Positions 38,058-39,113 of a stretch of DNA of 39,113 bases are shown one piece after another. Location of the stretch: the NCBI GenBank assembly GCA_014377495.1, contig JACMPN010000577.1, positions 1-39,113 on the forward strand, read 5' to 3'. The stretch comes from Candidatus Sericytochromatia bacterium (GTDB taxonomy: Bacteria; Cyanobacteriota; Sericytochromatia; JACMPN01). The translations under genes were made by a program, and so were the position numbers. The notes below the pieces were generated by a model, which had not been told where the DNA came from, searched no databases, and saw nothing but the letters and a program-made list of their open reading frames with translations. Each line of letters opens with the position of its first letter. Position 1 is the first letter of the stretch.

Positions 38058-38374
38058 TTAATTATGGCCTACCCGAACCGCCGACCTGTCTGCGCCAACA
38101 CAAGCTTAATGGACGACCTGATTGGTCATGACCGGCTCATAGCCAGGCGGTCATGGCGGTATCGGGCATGGGGTGGCAGGCGTAGCGGACACTGTCACCG
38201 GCTGGCCAGCGCTCACGAAATCCGGCATGGCGGACCAGCCGATAGTGTCGTCTTGCAGGGATCGACTGCCCCTGGGGTATTGCCGGCAGACGCAGTGGCG
38301 TGGGACCGGCAGATGCCGCATTTCCTCAGCCACTTCGATCTACCGGCGCCTGAGGCGGCAGGTCGTCGTGACGC

Positions 38375-39113
38375 CTAAAACTTGGGCTCCCCGTAAATGT
38401 AGTGCTTGTTTGGGTCGAGATAATGGTGTGTATAAGCGGCGGGATCCTCTACCCGACCGGCGAGATTCAGGGCATCGACCAGTTTCACCTTTTTGTCGAT
38501 GACGACCTCATTCCATCTGTGACCCGTCTTGGCGCTGTAAGGCATTTCGCCACTGCCGATGAGGTAGCCGCCTCGCAGTGAGGTGTGGGGCAATCGGGCC
38601 GCGTCGGCCATCAGGTGAAAGAGCATGGCCCGATGCCGACAGACAGGCGCTGTCAGATGGGGGACCAGACCGAGGAGGACCGGCCTGCCCTTGAGTGCCG
38701 CATCATCGACTTGGTGCGGGCCACGGGCAGTCATCGAGTCGGCGGCCAGTTGCGAAAGCTTCTGCGTTACCGTGGTATCCCGATAGAACCGGCGCGGTTT
38801 GGCGCCGATGTCAGTGGCTTGATTCAACAGGGCCCTCAGCAAGGGGTCGTTCGCTTGGTCAACAACGACGAACTCGACGCTGTGCTCGCCCGAGCCGCCC
38901 TGGAGTCGTCCATCGCGCGATACGGAATCCCCACTGGCCCCGGCAATGACGAATCCGTCCGGGATCCGTTCAGCAAAGCGGTCGGCTCCCTTGTAGCGTT
39001 GGGTCGCGCCCAATGCCCCGGGGGCGACGGTGTAATCGCCTTCCAGGCGGTGACCGTGCCGGGCGCCGAACGTCGCCGCATCGATCAGGAGCGTCTGCGC
39101 CTCGCCCGTGCCC
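38375..39113 (-). CDS. Transglutaminase-like cysteine-protease-fold protein, 5' end outside the window
   Basis: The frame stays open from 39013 to the window end. Cys motif TAPVCRHRAMLFHLMADAARLP and His motif KTGHRWNEVVID match the transglutaminase-like C...H...D core pattern. Confidence 0.65.
   Translation of the reverse strand, partial: GTGEAQTLLIDAATFGARHGHRLEGDYTVAPGALGATQRYKGADRFAERIPDGFVIAGASGDSVSRDGRLQGGSGEHSVEFVVVDQANDPLLRALLNQATDIGAKPRRFYRDTTVTQKLSQLAADSMTARGPHQVDDAALKGRPVLLGLVPHLTAPVCRHRAMLFHLMADAARLPHTSLRGGYLIGSGEMPYSAKTGHRWNEVVIDKKVKLVDALNLAGRVEDPAAYTHHYLDPNKHYIYGEPKF

Noticed and set aside
36146-38060. Interpretation of the MITE pair as a composite transposon that moved the cassette as a unit
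   Set aside because: Each copy carries its own TTA on both flanks, which fits two independent insertions better than one composite event. Because TTA may simply be the preferred target, this cannot be excluded without comparative data.

Overview
High-GC (~65%) bacterial chromosomal segment with no rRNA, tRNA or CRISPR array that I could recognise. I support about 30 protein-coding genes. Housekeeping genes are malate dehydrogenase, an AAG/Mpg-type 3-methyladenine glycosylase and an LCP-family protein. Envelope and export genes are an ABC ATPase with a large permease, a czcCBA-like HME-RND efflux triad, an SLH-domain membrane protein, a large Ig-like/S-layer-like lipoprotein and a Kelch/LamG secreted protein. 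There are several hydrolase-type proteins: two different double-HKD phospholipase-D-superfamily proteins, a possible zinc-PLC-like lipoprotein, an HEMTH aminopeptidase, an HExxH zincin-like orphan and a transglutaminase-like protein cut by the window edge. Several orphan proteins have no recognisable family. The most unusual structure is at 36.1-38.1 kb. Two 158-bp imperfect-palindrome MITE-like elements (146/158 identical, inverted, each flanked by TTA) bracket a cassette made of the HExxH orphan plus an unlisted 41-codon hydrophobic ORF. A second candidate system is a tightly coupled two-gene operon at 25.6-28.7 kb: a Zn-ribbon/helical protein plus a FliB/YkgJ-type Cys-cluster protein, with no flagellar context. 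Many long ORFs in the six-frame track are Arg/Pro/Gly-rich antisense or off-frame artefacts of the GC content and are rejected. All functional calls rest on motif recognition by eye, not database searches.
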